From Nitrosopumilus sp. (GTDB taxonomy: Archaea > Thermoproteota > Nitrososphaeria > Nitrososphaerales > Nitrosopumilaceae), in the NCBI GenBank assembly GCA_965219345.1, contig OZ244732.1, positions 1,568,001 through 1,632,000 on the forward strand: a stretch of DNA of 64,000 nt. Reading direction: 5' to 3'. Both the position numbers and the translations under genes were made by a program. Below are positions 1 to 9,226 of the stretch, in pieces; the stretch's first letter is position 1, and the number at the start of each line of letters is the position of its first letter. Below the pieces are notes generated by a model. It saw only the letters and a program-made list of their open reading frames with translations, searched no databases and was not told the origin of the DNA.

Positions 1-2
1 CT

Positions 3-1265
3 TATTCTGAGTGTAGTTTTGGATTATACGGCTTTGCATTTGGCCAATCGCCATTTCCAGTGCCATTATTAATGCAAGAAGCATTAATGAAAAACGCAAA
101 CCAAGGGATATATGCTCCAGTTCCGGGAATTCCTGAATTACGTATTGCTATCTCAAAATACAACAAACACTATTTTGGAATGGATGTATCTCCTGAACGA
201 ATCTATGTTGGTCCTGGAACTAAAGAGCTGATTTTCAATCTTTTAGAGATTTTACATGGAACTGTAATTTTACCTACACCAGCTTGGTTGGGGTATCTTC
301 CACAAATTAGATTCTTGAAGAAAAATTTTCATATGTTACCATCTAAACCAAATAAGAAATTTTCTCCTGGTGATCTAAAGAAATTGGCACTTAGATTACA
401 GGATAGACAAAAGATTTTGATTTTAAACAATCCTCACAATCCAACTGGATTATTGTACGATAAATTTGAACTAGAAGAAATTGCATATGTTTGTAGAGAG
501 CAAAATATTACTGTAATTTCTGATGAAATTTATGCTCAGACAACTTATGATTTTTCAAAATTTGTTAGCATGGGAAAAATTTATCCTGAAGGTACATTTG
601 TTACAAATGGTTTATCAAAATCCCACGCTGCCGGTGGTTATAGACTAGGCTATGTAATTTTCCCTCAACATGCAGTTGATTTAAAGAGACAATTTAAAAA
701 AATTCTTGCAACAGAGTATACAGCAGTATCTACCCCAATTCAATATGCTGCAGTTGCAGGATTTGAAATCAGTAAAGAGATGAATATCTATTTTGATGCA
801 ACTCGAAAAATTCATCAGATTATGGGAGAATATACTTACAATACATTATCTGCTATTAAAGGAATTAAACTAACAAAACCTGATGCCACATTTTATCTTC
901 TAGCTGATTTTAATGCATTTTCAGCAGAGTTACGGAAAGCCAAAATTACTACATCTCAGAAATTATCCGAATCTTTAATCATTCATCCATATCATACTGC
1001 AATTGTAGGTGGTGATAATCTTGTTTTGGAGAGAACTGACTTTAGTGCGAGAATTGCCTATGTTGACTATAACGGAACTAAAGTTCTTCAAAATTATCTT
1101 AATGACAAACCAAAAACCAGTTCTGAAAGGGTAGAATTCGTAAAAAATAATGCCCCAAAGATGGTTGCAGGAATTGATATGATTGGTAAATTCTTTGAGG
1201 ATCTTAAAAAAGACTCATCACATGATTTACAAACTGAAAAAAGTTTGATAATTCCTCAAAATTAG
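3..1265 (+). CDS. PLP-dependent aminotransferase class I/II (aspartate aminotransferase-like), 5'-partial
   Basis: Frame is open from the window start; motifs NNPHNPTG, SDEIY and SKSHAAGGYRLG (PLP lysine). Confidence 0.9.
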   Translation, partial: YSECSFGLYGFAFGQSPFPVPLLMQEALMKNANQGIYAPVPGIPELRIAISKYNKHYFGMDVSPERIYVGPGTKELIFNLLEILHGTVILPTPAWLGYLPQIRFLKKNFHMLPSKPNKKFSPGDLKKLALRLQDRQKILILNNPHNPTGLLYDKFELEEIAYVCREQNITVISDEIYAQTTYDFSKFVSMGKIYPEGTFVTNGLSKSHAAGGYRLGYVIFPQHAVDLKRQFKKILATEYTAVSTPIQYAAVAGFEISKEMNIYFDATRKIHQIMGEYTYNTLSAIKGIKLTKPDATFYLLADFNAFSAELRKAKITTSQKLSESLIIHPYHTAIVGGDNLVLERTDFSARIAYVDYNGTKVLQNYLNDKPKTSSERVEFVKNNAPKMVAGIDMIGKFFEDLKKDSSHDLQTEKSLIIPQN

Positions 1266-2491
1266 CGTAATTTCTTTTTTCTAATTTGTTGTACAATCAT
1301 TGGTAAAAATGCACCCACATCTGATACAATTCCTAATGCTTGCCATGTTCCTCTGTCCATAAGTTTTGTAACTGTTGGTTGATTGATATCGATAACAATC
1401 ACTTTGACATTGGCTGGAAGCATATTTCCAGTTGCAATAGAATGAAGCATAGTTGAAATCATGATTACCATACTTGCGTCTTTTAGAACTTTTTTGTATT
1501 CGCGTTGTGCTTCAGTAACGTCTGTGATAACATCTGGTAGTGGTCCATCATCTCGAATTGAGCTTGCCAACACAAATGGTACTTTGTTTTTTACACATTC
1601 ATACATAATTCCCTTTGTCAATTTCTTAGTCTTTACCATATTTGCAATAGAACCTGCTTTGAAAACAGCATTAATTGCATCCATATGATTTCTATGTCCA
1701 TGATATGCCAAAGTTGCGTCATGAACATTCATTCCTAGTGATGTTCCAAGTGTAGCATATTCAATATCATGAACCGCAAGAGCATTTCCTGCCAATACTG
1801 CATCAATATATCCTGATTTGATTAGTTCGGAAACTGCATCATCTGCACCAGTATGTACTATCGCAGGACCTCCAACAATGACTATTTTTCCACCCTTCTT
1901 TTTGGTATTGTAGATATCATCTGCAACTTTCTTTGCAATGTGTTGAGTTGGCCTTTCGCTAGAACTTGAACTTCCCATAAACTCAAAAACATTGACTCCT
2001 TCTCTTGGACGCTCAGGTGGAGTTATTTTGATTCCTTTTTCTCCGACAATTATTTGATCTCCTTTTTTGACATCTCTCACTGGTACACAAAATGCCTTGT
2101 TTCCCTTTACGACAATACATTTGTCCATCATCATATTTTCAACTTGAATCCATTTTCCTTTACGAAAAACTTGGGTATGATTGTTTGTTGTACTGTAAAA
2201 ATTATCAGGCATTACATAGTCTTTTGGAGATTTCTTTAATGCAATTTCTCTTTGTATTTTTGATACTGCCCCTTCTCGATAAATTGTTTCTAAAATTGTA
2301 TCAAGATGTTTTTGATTTTTACCCTTAACAAGTAATCGTGCGTACGATTGATCTTTTTTTCTCTTACCAATGTCAATTTCTTGTACTTGGAATTCTCCTT
2401 TGAGGTCCATTATCTTATCAAAGATCTTAGTTAAAATCAAAGAATCAATTAGGTGACCACTAACTTCAATCTCTTGAGAGAATTTACTCAT
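1262..2491 (-). CDS. TIGR00300 family protein (LOR/SDH-like, ornithine cyclodeaminase-related)
   Basis: GHLIDS N-terminus, FYSTTN, GPAIVHTG, SIRDDGPLPD, DRGTWQA. Confidence 0.85.
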   Translation of the reverse strand: MSKFSQEIEVSGHLIDSLILTKIFDKIMDLKGEFQVQEIDIGKRKKDQSYARLLVKGKNQKHLDTILETIYREGAVSKIQREIALKKSPKDYVMPDNFYSTTNNHTQVFRKGKWIQVENMMMDKCIVVKGNKAFCVPVRDVKKGDQIIVGEKGIKITPPERPREGVNVFEFMGSSSSSERPTQHIAKKVADDIYNTKKKGGKIVIVGGPAIVHTGADDAVSELIKSGYIDAVLAGNALAVHDIEYATLGTSLGMNVHDATLAYHGHRNHMDAINAVFKAGSIANMVKTKKLTKGIMYECVKNKVPFVLASSIRDDGPLPDVITDVTEAQREYKKVLKDASMVIMISTMLHSIATGNMLPANVKVIVIDINQPTVTKLMDRGTWQALGIVSDVGAFLPMIVQQIRKKKLR

Positions 2492-2535
2492 TTTACTATT
2501 ATCTATATCATGATAACTAAAGGTTTACTTTTTGT

Positions 2536-2585
2536 GGGACGGAAGTTAACGGGAGCTGATCCTTCTTGGGAAAGGCCGGGAGCTG
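2536..2585 (+). repeat. Left terminal inverted repeat
   Basis: GGGACGGAAGTTAACGGGAGCTGATCCTTCTTGGGAAAGGCCGGGAGCTG is the reverse complement of 7580-7631 apart from a 2 bp indel. Confidence 0.95.
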
Positions 2586-2643
2586 CCTACCTGGGCATGA
2601 AATGTGGTCAAGGGAGGAATCACAAAAGTTCTTTGAAATTGTT

Positions 2644-3216
2644 CTATCGGCGGCGGTGTCTCTTAGTTAGATTCCACTTGGCCGCCCTATATGCCAATAT
2701 TAGAAGAATGAATACTATAACGACCAAATCGTAAGCAGACACCCAAACATCCAACGTGATAATCTCGAATAGGCCAACATAATACAGAATCGTGACACTG
2801 AACACTACTCCAAACAGTTTCTTGGTGGTTTTTCCTCTGCGCTTGATCCACACTCGATCTCCTGCTGAATGCTCACGATACTTTACAGCATCCCACAGCA
2901 TGTATGTCAGAAATATTACGACTACTGCTATGGGAAAGTCACTGGCATGTTCAGTTTGGGAGATGCGAAGCAGGTAAAAGTACTCGAAGAGTATTACCAA
3001 GTCAATAACGAATCTTATGGCACCCGGATTGGTATCCTTGTGTGGCTTGATTGACACAGACCTAGAGTACCCTACCCATCCAGAAACGATTAGTATGTAT
3101 GCAAATGTCAATGTCATGACAGTCGTGTGGTTGTCCGGCTCAAACATGGACTGGATTGGAATCATAATACCCGAGGCCAGCATGAAACTCTGACCCAGTA
3201 CTATCGCGAACAGCAC
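2644..3216 (-). CDS. Multi-pass membrane protein of unknown function
   Basis: 190 aa with 5-6 hydrophobic segments. Confidence 0.65.
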   Translation of the reverse strand: MLFAIVLGQSFMLASGIMIPIQSMFEPDNHTTVMTLTFAYILIVSGWVGYSRSVSIKPHKDTNPGAIRFVIDLVILFEYFYLLRISQTEHASDFPIAVVVIFLTYMLWDAVKYREHSAGDRVWIKRRGKTTKKLFGVVFSVTILYYVGLFEIITLDVWVSAYDLVVIVFILLILAYRAAKWNLTKRHRRR

Positions 3217-3358
3217 GTGGATGGCTTGGGCATAACTGCGTGCGCTCAGGAGCCCCCATCTTGGGAGTTGTCATCTATTCATCCTCTGGTACTAAACTGT
3301 CTTTGGGCATCGAATCCAAATCTGTCACAAAATAATAGTTTGTATCATTCGGATCTAT

Positions 3359-3478
3359 CTATACTATGACTAGCGAATGGCACTTTGTACACTCGGCCTC
3401 AATCCAAGGATCATCTTCTTCGTAGAGTTTCTTCAAATCAGCCTCTTCGAGTATGTGTCCTCTGATTTTGCAGTATCT
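3359..3478 (-). pseudogene. 3' remnant of a small Cys-containing protein cut by IS481
   Basis: RYCKIRGHILEE...ECTKCHSLVIV abuts the IS481 left end. Confidence 0.4.
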
Positions 3479-4675
3479 TGTACAGAAAGTAGTATACCCC
3501 AGAGCAGAAAACAATCCGGGGGGACAGGCATGAGGATACTGGACAGAGTCGAAATGAAGGTGCGCGGGTGGCTCGGGCGCCGTGCTTCCAGATGGAGGCG
3601 TACCAGGGGTCGCCGCATCAGGGTCATGAGAAAACTTGACGAGTCGAAGGTAAAATGGATAGTCCGCCAGAAGCGGAGGACGGATGCGGGCAGGCCCACC
3701 ACCGCCCAAATTGCAGAAACGATGGGCATCTCCGCAGTATGGGTCAAGAAGCTGTGGGCCAGGTACAGGCATGCCGGACCGGACGGCATGGCATACCCTG
3801 CCAGGATGGGCAGGCCCGCAACGGCATGCACGGACGCAGGGAACATTCTGCTGTAATCGGTGCCCGCAATGCAACAAACGGCGGGCAGGCACCGTCAGGG
3901 CGGCCATGCGGCAGGAGGGAATCAATATACCGCACAGGACAGTACACAGCATATTGAGGGAGGACGGCAGCGCAGACAGGCATCCGAGGAAGAGCAGGAG
4001 GCGGAGATGGGTGCGCTACGAGCGCACGTACTCGAACTCCATGTGGCATACCGACTGGAAGCAGATACGCGGGGGCATGTACGACGGCAGGTGGTTCCTG
4101 TGCTACGAGGACGACGCATCAAGGTTCGTCACCGGGTATGGCGTGTTTGATAACGCCACCGCAGACAACGCGCTTGCCGTGCTGGAGCGGGCCATAGTGG
4201 ACCACGGCAGGCCGGCCTCGATAATGACTGACCACGGCAGCCAGTTCTATGCCAACAAGAAGGAGACCGCAAAGAGGGGCGAGAGTGATTTTGAGAAGAG
4301 GCTTGTCAGGCTAGGCATACGCCAGATACTTGCAGGAGTGGGGCACCCCCAGACAAACGGCAAGCTCGAGAGGCTTCACGGAGAGATACAGCGAAAACTG
4401 CACCATTTTGAGGGATCCTCGTACGGTACGGCAGTCAAGGCAGATCCCGACTGCCACGTGGGAGGGCCGTTCCACACCGGCGGTGCAAGGGATCCAATGG
4501 AACGATTCATTGACTGGTACAACAACTCGCGTGCCCACATGTCCCTTGACTGGGAAGACCAGGAGACTTCCGCCCAGGCGTTTGTACGCAAGATGGCCCA
4601 AAGGCAAAAGGGTAATAGATACAGAGACCGGTGAGGAGTATGATGTCGGTTAGAGGGTATACTACTTTCTGTACA
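3479..4675 (+). mobile_element. IS481 family element with frameshifted transposase
   Basis: 21 bp TIR TGTACAGAAAGTAGTATACCC / GGGTATACTACTTTCTGTACA (TGT...ACA ends); HTH in one frame, DDE core in another; no TSD. Confidence 0.9.
3627..4634 (+). pseudogene. IS481 transposase (rve DDE), frameshifted
   Basis: MRKLDESKVKWIV HTH part, then WHTDWK, EDDASR, MTDHGSQF, PQTNGKLER in a different frame. Confidence 0.85.
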
Positions 4676-4680
4676 CCACA

Positions 4681-5280
4681 ATGCATGACGCCTTTGGAAT
4701 AAAGGTAAACGTGAGGGGAACCCCAAACTCGTTTGATTCTGCAAAAGATCTGGCAAGGCGCAACAAATTCCAATTCGAGGCGTGGGCAGTCACGCTGATC
4801 CCCAATGTCCTGCCAAACACCAAGCAGGTAGGCGACAAGGGGGTTGATGGCAGAGGATACATCCATCTGGGCAAGAACAAAGACGGGAAGCGAATAGATG
4901 CCAAGATAATCGTGTCCGTGAAAGGAGGGGGCAACTTGACGCCGTCAATGGTGCGGGATTTGGCAGGCACCATGAGCAGTGAAAAGGCAAAGTTGGGCGT
5001 GTTCGTGTGCCTTAAGGAGCCCACGCGAAAGATGAGGGAGTCAGCGGCATCAGAAAAATTCTTCAGCACGCCTTTTGAGGAATCATACCCAAAATTGCAG
5101 ATATACACCACTTGCAGAATTTCTAATAAACTGCTGGTAGTTTTGGAATCATACCCAAAATTGCAGATATACACCATATCGGACTACAACGGGATCAAGC
5201 CAAACCTGCCGTCACTAGCAGACTTTGTCAAGGCTCCCCGGTCAGAGATGGATCCAAAAGGAATGCAAACCACGCTTTAG
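4681..5280 (+). pseudogene. C-terminal Mrr-like PD-(D/E)xK domain of a DNA methyltransferase/endonuclease fusion, 5'-truncated by IS481
   Basis: FQFEAWAV, DKGVDG, IIVSVKGG, MVRDLAGT, YPKLQI match this C-terminal module. Confidence 0.7.
5079..5176 (+). repeat. Perfect 32 bp direct repeat flanking a 34 bp insert
   Basis: GGAATCATACCCAAAATTGCAGATATACACCA at 5079-5110 and 5145-5176. Confidence 0.95.
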
Positions 5281-5368
5281 GGAGACAATCTGAGAAGATT
5301 TACCACCCGAAGATTACCCAGAACCTGTTAACGGTACCTTTATTTACACTCTCAATTCAGGCGACACA

Positions 5369-6154
5369 ATGACAACAAAAACTACCTCAAAAATGGTAAT
5401 CCTGTTAGGGATAACGGCACTGTTAATCGCCATGCCGTTCTCTAGTACAGCGTTGGCCCAAGCAAGCGGTTTGCAACACATGTACACCCCTGACATCATA
5501 AGTCATAGTAGCAATCAAGCCAATATATGGAATGCGCCGGAGCACGTGTACTCCCCTGACATCATAAGTCATATAGACGGACTGCTCGATGGCACCATCC
5601 CAACTGCCAAAGAGTTCATGATTGGGAATATGACGGTGTTGCTGACCACGAGTGTGGATACAATTCAACCCAATTCATACGTCATCAAGACTATCGTGAC
5701 GCATGACGGTGTCGAACAGCCGGATCTGACCCTCAAATACAAGGTAAAGATCTATGATAACGGTACGTACCATGTGGTCAACGCCGACTTTAACATGCTG
5801 GTGACAGACACCTACATTAGGGATGTAACCAAGTCAATACCCAAAGTCGTGTGGCTGCCTGGATGCGGTGCGACCGTGGTGTTGATCGGATATGGTTCTG
5901 GAAGCAACGTGGGTTGTTATGGTGCCGTCGATGTGGATGCCTCGGTATCGGCATCATCTGCATCCATAACATGGGACGCAGACAGCGTAGTCAACTGGCT
6001 GATATGGACATTCACATACGAACGTGGTTATGCCAACATAGTAGGTCAGGAATACGAGTTCAACATCAACAGCGGCTCGATAACCACAAGTGGGGACTAT
6101 TCGTCAACCGCTCAACATGCCATAGGCGGAGTCTTCTTCTACATCGTGGAGTAA
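5369..6154 (+). CDS. Secreted protein of unknown function
   Basis: Signal peptide ending ALA-Q; internal repeat HMYTPDIISH/HVYSPDIISH; beta-rich C-terminus. Confidence 0.7.
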   Translation: MTTKTTSKMVILLGITALLIAMPFSSTALAQASGLQHMYTPDIISHSSNQANIWNAPEHVYSPDIISHIDGLLDGTIPTAKEFMIGNMTVLLTTSVDTIQPNSYVIKTIVTHDGVEQPDLTLKYKVKIYDNGTYHVVNADFNMLVTDTYIRDVTKSIPKVVWLPGCGATVVLIGYGSGSNVGCYGAVDVDASVSASSASITWDADSVVNWLIWTFTYERGYANIVGQEYEFNINSGSITTSGDYSSTAQHAIGGVFFYIVE

Positions 6155-6155
6155 C

Positions 6156-6592
6156 ATGTCTCCCATCCCCTCTTTTTTATTTAAAATAAAATCATGCACG
6201 TGGTTTGCAATATCGGGTTTGGGAATAATCGGGGCGGCACACCAACTTGCCAACATGGTAATGCTGTTCGATTTTCTCGGTACCGTATGGTGTATTGGAC
6301 TGGCCGCAGTCGCCATGTTCGTTGTAATGGCAACGATCGGAGCGCTCAAGATACGCCACACTTTGGGGTGGTTCATGTGGGTGTATGTGCCATCCCTAAT
6401 GGCAGTCGGCGCCTTTCTCACAGGATGGCAGTGGAGTTTCATAGGGCCAGTCTGTTTCGGGGGATTCGGGAGTATGCAGGCTGGATTATTTTGATCTCTA
6501 GAAACTTTACAGATGATTGTCTTGGCGTGGCGCTCATAATAGGGGGCATATTTGTCCTCAAGCGGACGGGTCCGCGCGCAAAGGGAATCTAA
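6156..6592 (+). pseudogene. Small multi-TM membrane protein, probably frameshifted near 6470
   Basis: Hydrophobic ORF 6156-6494; a hydrophobic tail (WIILISRNFTDDCLGVALIIGGIFVLKR) continues in another frame to 6592. Confidence 0.5.
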
Positions 6593-6728
6593 AAGCAAAA
6601 CTGGGAATTGGCAAATAATACCCAAATTCAAGGGATCAGACATCAACACAATGGTTCAAGCCAAACAACCAAGAAAAGTATCCACACAAGATCCGATAAC
6701 AAAGCACTGGTTCGTGTGGGAATACTAA

Positions 6729-6926
6729 TTATCGTAGCTCTTCATCATCCACGTCTGGGACAACCATCCCGGTATCCCGTCGTTTTTTCAAATACTCGCA
6801 TGCAAACATCTGCATGTTTCCGCATTTGTGGCAAAGCTTCAATTCTGCCGGAAACGGAATCTCGGTCGTAAATTTGGTTTTGGGATCCGTGAGCATGTCG
6901 CTTAACGGATATTTGCAGATTGGCAC
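6729..6926 (-). CDS. Small Zn-ribbon-like protein
   Basis: (C)PIC ... CHKCG Cys pairs. Confidence 0.45.
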   Translation of the reverse strand: MPICKYPLSDMLTDPKTKFTTEIPFPAELKLCHKCGNMQMFACEYLKKRRDTGMVVPDVDDEELR

Positions 6927-7300
6927 AAATATTAGGACACGTCATCTGTCGCAGCGTCACATTTGCTCATTGTGATGTGACTATGCCATGTCTTATTAAA
7001 CCGATCCCCGCCTCGAATCGCCTAAGTCCACATAACTAAAGTATATAATCCCCCGGCGATCAATCTGGAGAAGATCCGCCCAGCTCCCGATATTCCCAGG
7101 AAGAACCTTCTTGTCGGCAGGTGAGAACGACAAGTGGAAGACGATAATCCAGAACGTCGGCCTGCACGAGAACTAGGCATAACCCAAAGATCAAAATACC
7201 CCTTATTCCATACCAAGGCATGGTTTGTAAAGACTGCAAGGACTGGAAAGAGACCTTGGAGTGGCTAAACAGCAACATTCCCAAAGAATCTGAGTAGCTA

Positions 7301-7528
7301 CTACGTCATCTTGTCCAGTTTGTCATTGTCTACATAGTCTGGATCTCCCGGCTTGTTGAAGGCGTTTAGGTATGATTGAACCATGACCATGAGGTGTTCT
7401 GTCATGGTTTCAAGTGTTTTTGCCTTGTACCTCTTTTCTAATGCCCTGACGAAATCTTTCGAGAATATCTCGCTTGACACTAGAAACTCACGGATCATCT
7501 TGTCGCGCGGCGTGTATGCGGCTGACAC
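7301..7528 (-). CDS. Hypothetical protein next to the right TIR
   Basis: 75 aa ORF with protein-like composition. Confidence 0.45.
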   Translation of the reverse strand: MSAAYTPRDKMIREFLVSSEIFSKDFVRALEKRYKAKTLETMTEHLMVMVQSYLNAFNKPGDPDYVDNDKLDKMT

Positions 7529-7579
7529 GGGATCAATCCTAATGGAGATCTCTATAAACCGATCCTTGGCCGACCGCCC

Positions 7580-7631
7580 CAGCTCCCGGCCTTTCCCAAG
7601 AAGGATCAGCTCCCGTTAACTTCCCAGTCCC
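7580..7631 (-). repeat. Right terminal inverted repeat
   Basis: CAGCTCCCGGCCTTTCCCAAGAAGGATCAGCTCCCGTTAACTTCCCAGTCCC. Confidence 0.95.
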
Positions 7632-7653
7632 CTTTTTGTTTTAAGGCTAAATA

Positions 7654-8010
7654 TTAAACTGGAAGGATAACCTTGCCTTCAAATTTTGGGATATTATCAA
7701 TCTCAAATGCTTTTTCCAAATTTTCTTTTTGTAGTTTCGTTACACCTTGAACTATTGTTTTTGAGGACCCAGTTTTGTCAACAAGTGCAAGAATAAAACC
7801 ACTATTATCGGTCAAAACAAAACCTGCTGATTCATCAACAAACGCATAGAGATTTTCTTCCCCTACAGGATTCCATACATTAGATTTGGTGTCAACCAAG
7901 GCAAGTGCTGGCATTGCTCGTCCATCGGTTAGTTTATTGAGATACTCTCTAGCTTCTGCAACTCTTTTTTGACCTAGTTTTAATGCCTGAAAATATTGCA
8001 TGTTTCTCAA
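7654..8010 (-). CDS. Hypothetical protein
   Basis: 118 aa ORF with host-like composition. Confidence 0.7.
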   Translation of the reverse strand: MRNMQYFQALKLGQKRVAEAREYLNKLTDGRAMPALALVDTKSNVWNPVGEENLYAFVDESAGFVLTDNSGFILALVDKTGSSKTIVQGVTKLQKENLEKAFEIDNIPKFEGKVILPV

Positions 8011-8078
8011 ATATTGGGATATTATAAAAACAATATCTCTTCAAAAGATTGTTATAGAATCTCAGATTTTCTAAATTT

Positions 8079-8378
8079 ATGCCTCTTACAAATAAGGTAA
8101 TAATCAAACTCAATGAAATAACTACCTTAGTTGAGGACAAGTCAAAATTATCTGAATCCGAAGTTGATGAAATAAAATCTATCTTCAAAACCATTGTAGA
8201 AAGTGGTGAGAGATACAACATTGACGAAATTGAATTCTGGTTTGAAAATGAAGGAAGTTGGGTAACTAAAGAACCTCGAATCAGAATTACAAATCTTTCA
8301 AATTACATTCAAGACAAATACCAACAAACAGCCCATCTAAGAATAATTTCTGATGATGATTGTAATTGTGATAACTAA
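8079..8378 (+). CDS. Hypothetical protein
   Basis: 99 aa ORF. Confidence 0.7.
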   Translation: MPLTNKVIIKLNEITTLVEDKSKLSESEVDEIKSIFKTIVESGERYNIDEIEFWFENEGSWVTKEPRIRITNLSNYIQDKYQQTAHLRIISDDDCNCDN

Positions 8379-8608
8379 GTTTCCAGTTTTTCTAGTAATC
8401 GCCCAACAATTTTTGCATTTTCTGTTCTTTTATTAAGAATTTCTTTTAGACGAGTTTCATTTTTGCTATCTTTTTCAATTATTTGAAAATATTCTTCATC
8501 CAGATCATTATTAGCTTGAAGTCTTTTGATTACCTCAAACAATATTCCTATTACTTGTTTTTGCGCATCAATTAGTTCATCTTTACTTTTCTCAGACATT
8601 TTTACCAT
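8375..8608 (-). CDS. Small hypothetical coiled-coil protein
   Basis: Overlaps the end of the HD-domain gene. Confidence 0.7.
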   Translation of the reverse strand: MVKMSEKSKDELIDAQKQVIGILFEVIKRLQANNDLDEEYFQIIEKDSKNETRLKEILNKRTENAKIVGRLLEKLET

Positions 8609-9137
8609 CCATCTCTGACAATGCTCTAAATAATTCTTTTAATTTAGGATCAGTAATCTCTGTTTCTGCAGATTTGAAAAATGACTTTAGTTTTTCTTGA
8701 GAATGCCCATCTTTTTTATAGATATTAGCTTGAAGCATCATCTCCAGTCTGTCAATTTGATGTACCAGTTTTGATTCAAGCGAAGTATTTTTTTGGTATT
8801 CTTGCCAAATTTGTAAATACTGTGATTTGATCAAATCTGGTAAATTTCTAATTATCTCATTGAATGCATTATTTTCTATTTCATTCTTTTTTTCTTTATT
8901 TAGTTGTTTAGGAGTATAATCTCCAATTTTTGATTCAGCTAAATCATGTAATAAAACCATTTTAATAATTTTTTCAGAATTATAATTTTCCAAATCAGAA
9001 ATTACCATACTTATCATTGCCATAGAATATGAATGGTCTGCAACTGATTCAGGAGCATCCAGTGATAGCCTATCAATCCATCCTTGTCTAGGGACTTTTT
9101 TGAGATTTGCAGCGGTTTTGAAAAAATCTAAGATCAT
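8592..9137 (-). CDS. HD domain phosphohydrolase (YfbR/HDDC2-like)
   Basis: RQGW, ESVADHS, LHDLAE, DRLE. Confidence 0.9.
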   Translation of the reverse strand: MILDFFKTAANLKKVPRQGWIDRLSLDAPESVADHSYSMAMISMVISDLENYNSEKIIKMVLLHDLAESKIGDYTPKQLNKEKKNEIENNAFNEIIRNLPDLIKSQYLQIWQEYQKNTSLESKLVHQIDRLEMMLQANIYKKDGHSQEKLKSFFKSAETEITDPKLKELFRALSEMDGKNV

Positions 9138-9226
9138 TTTATTACAATATGTATAATATTTTCTCCTAATGAATTTTCATATTGTTTGATTTCGAATAAC
9201 ATAATAGTTAATTTTGCTATGATAAG

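Larger units (their letters stand above)
2536..7631. mobile_element. 5.1 kb TIR-bounded element with 8 bp TSD and no cognate transposase
   Basis: Inverted repeats at 2536-2585 and 7580-7631; CTTTTTGT duplicated at 2528-2535 and 7632-7639; interior richer in GC than the flanks. Confidence 0.85.

Noticed and set aside
5079-5573. True CRISPR array
   Set aside because: Only two copies per repeat, the two units are unrelated, both lie in coding sequence, and no cas genes or leader are present.
2536-7631. Firm casposon call
   Set aside because: No Cas1 or family B polymerase is visible; kept only as a hypothesis.
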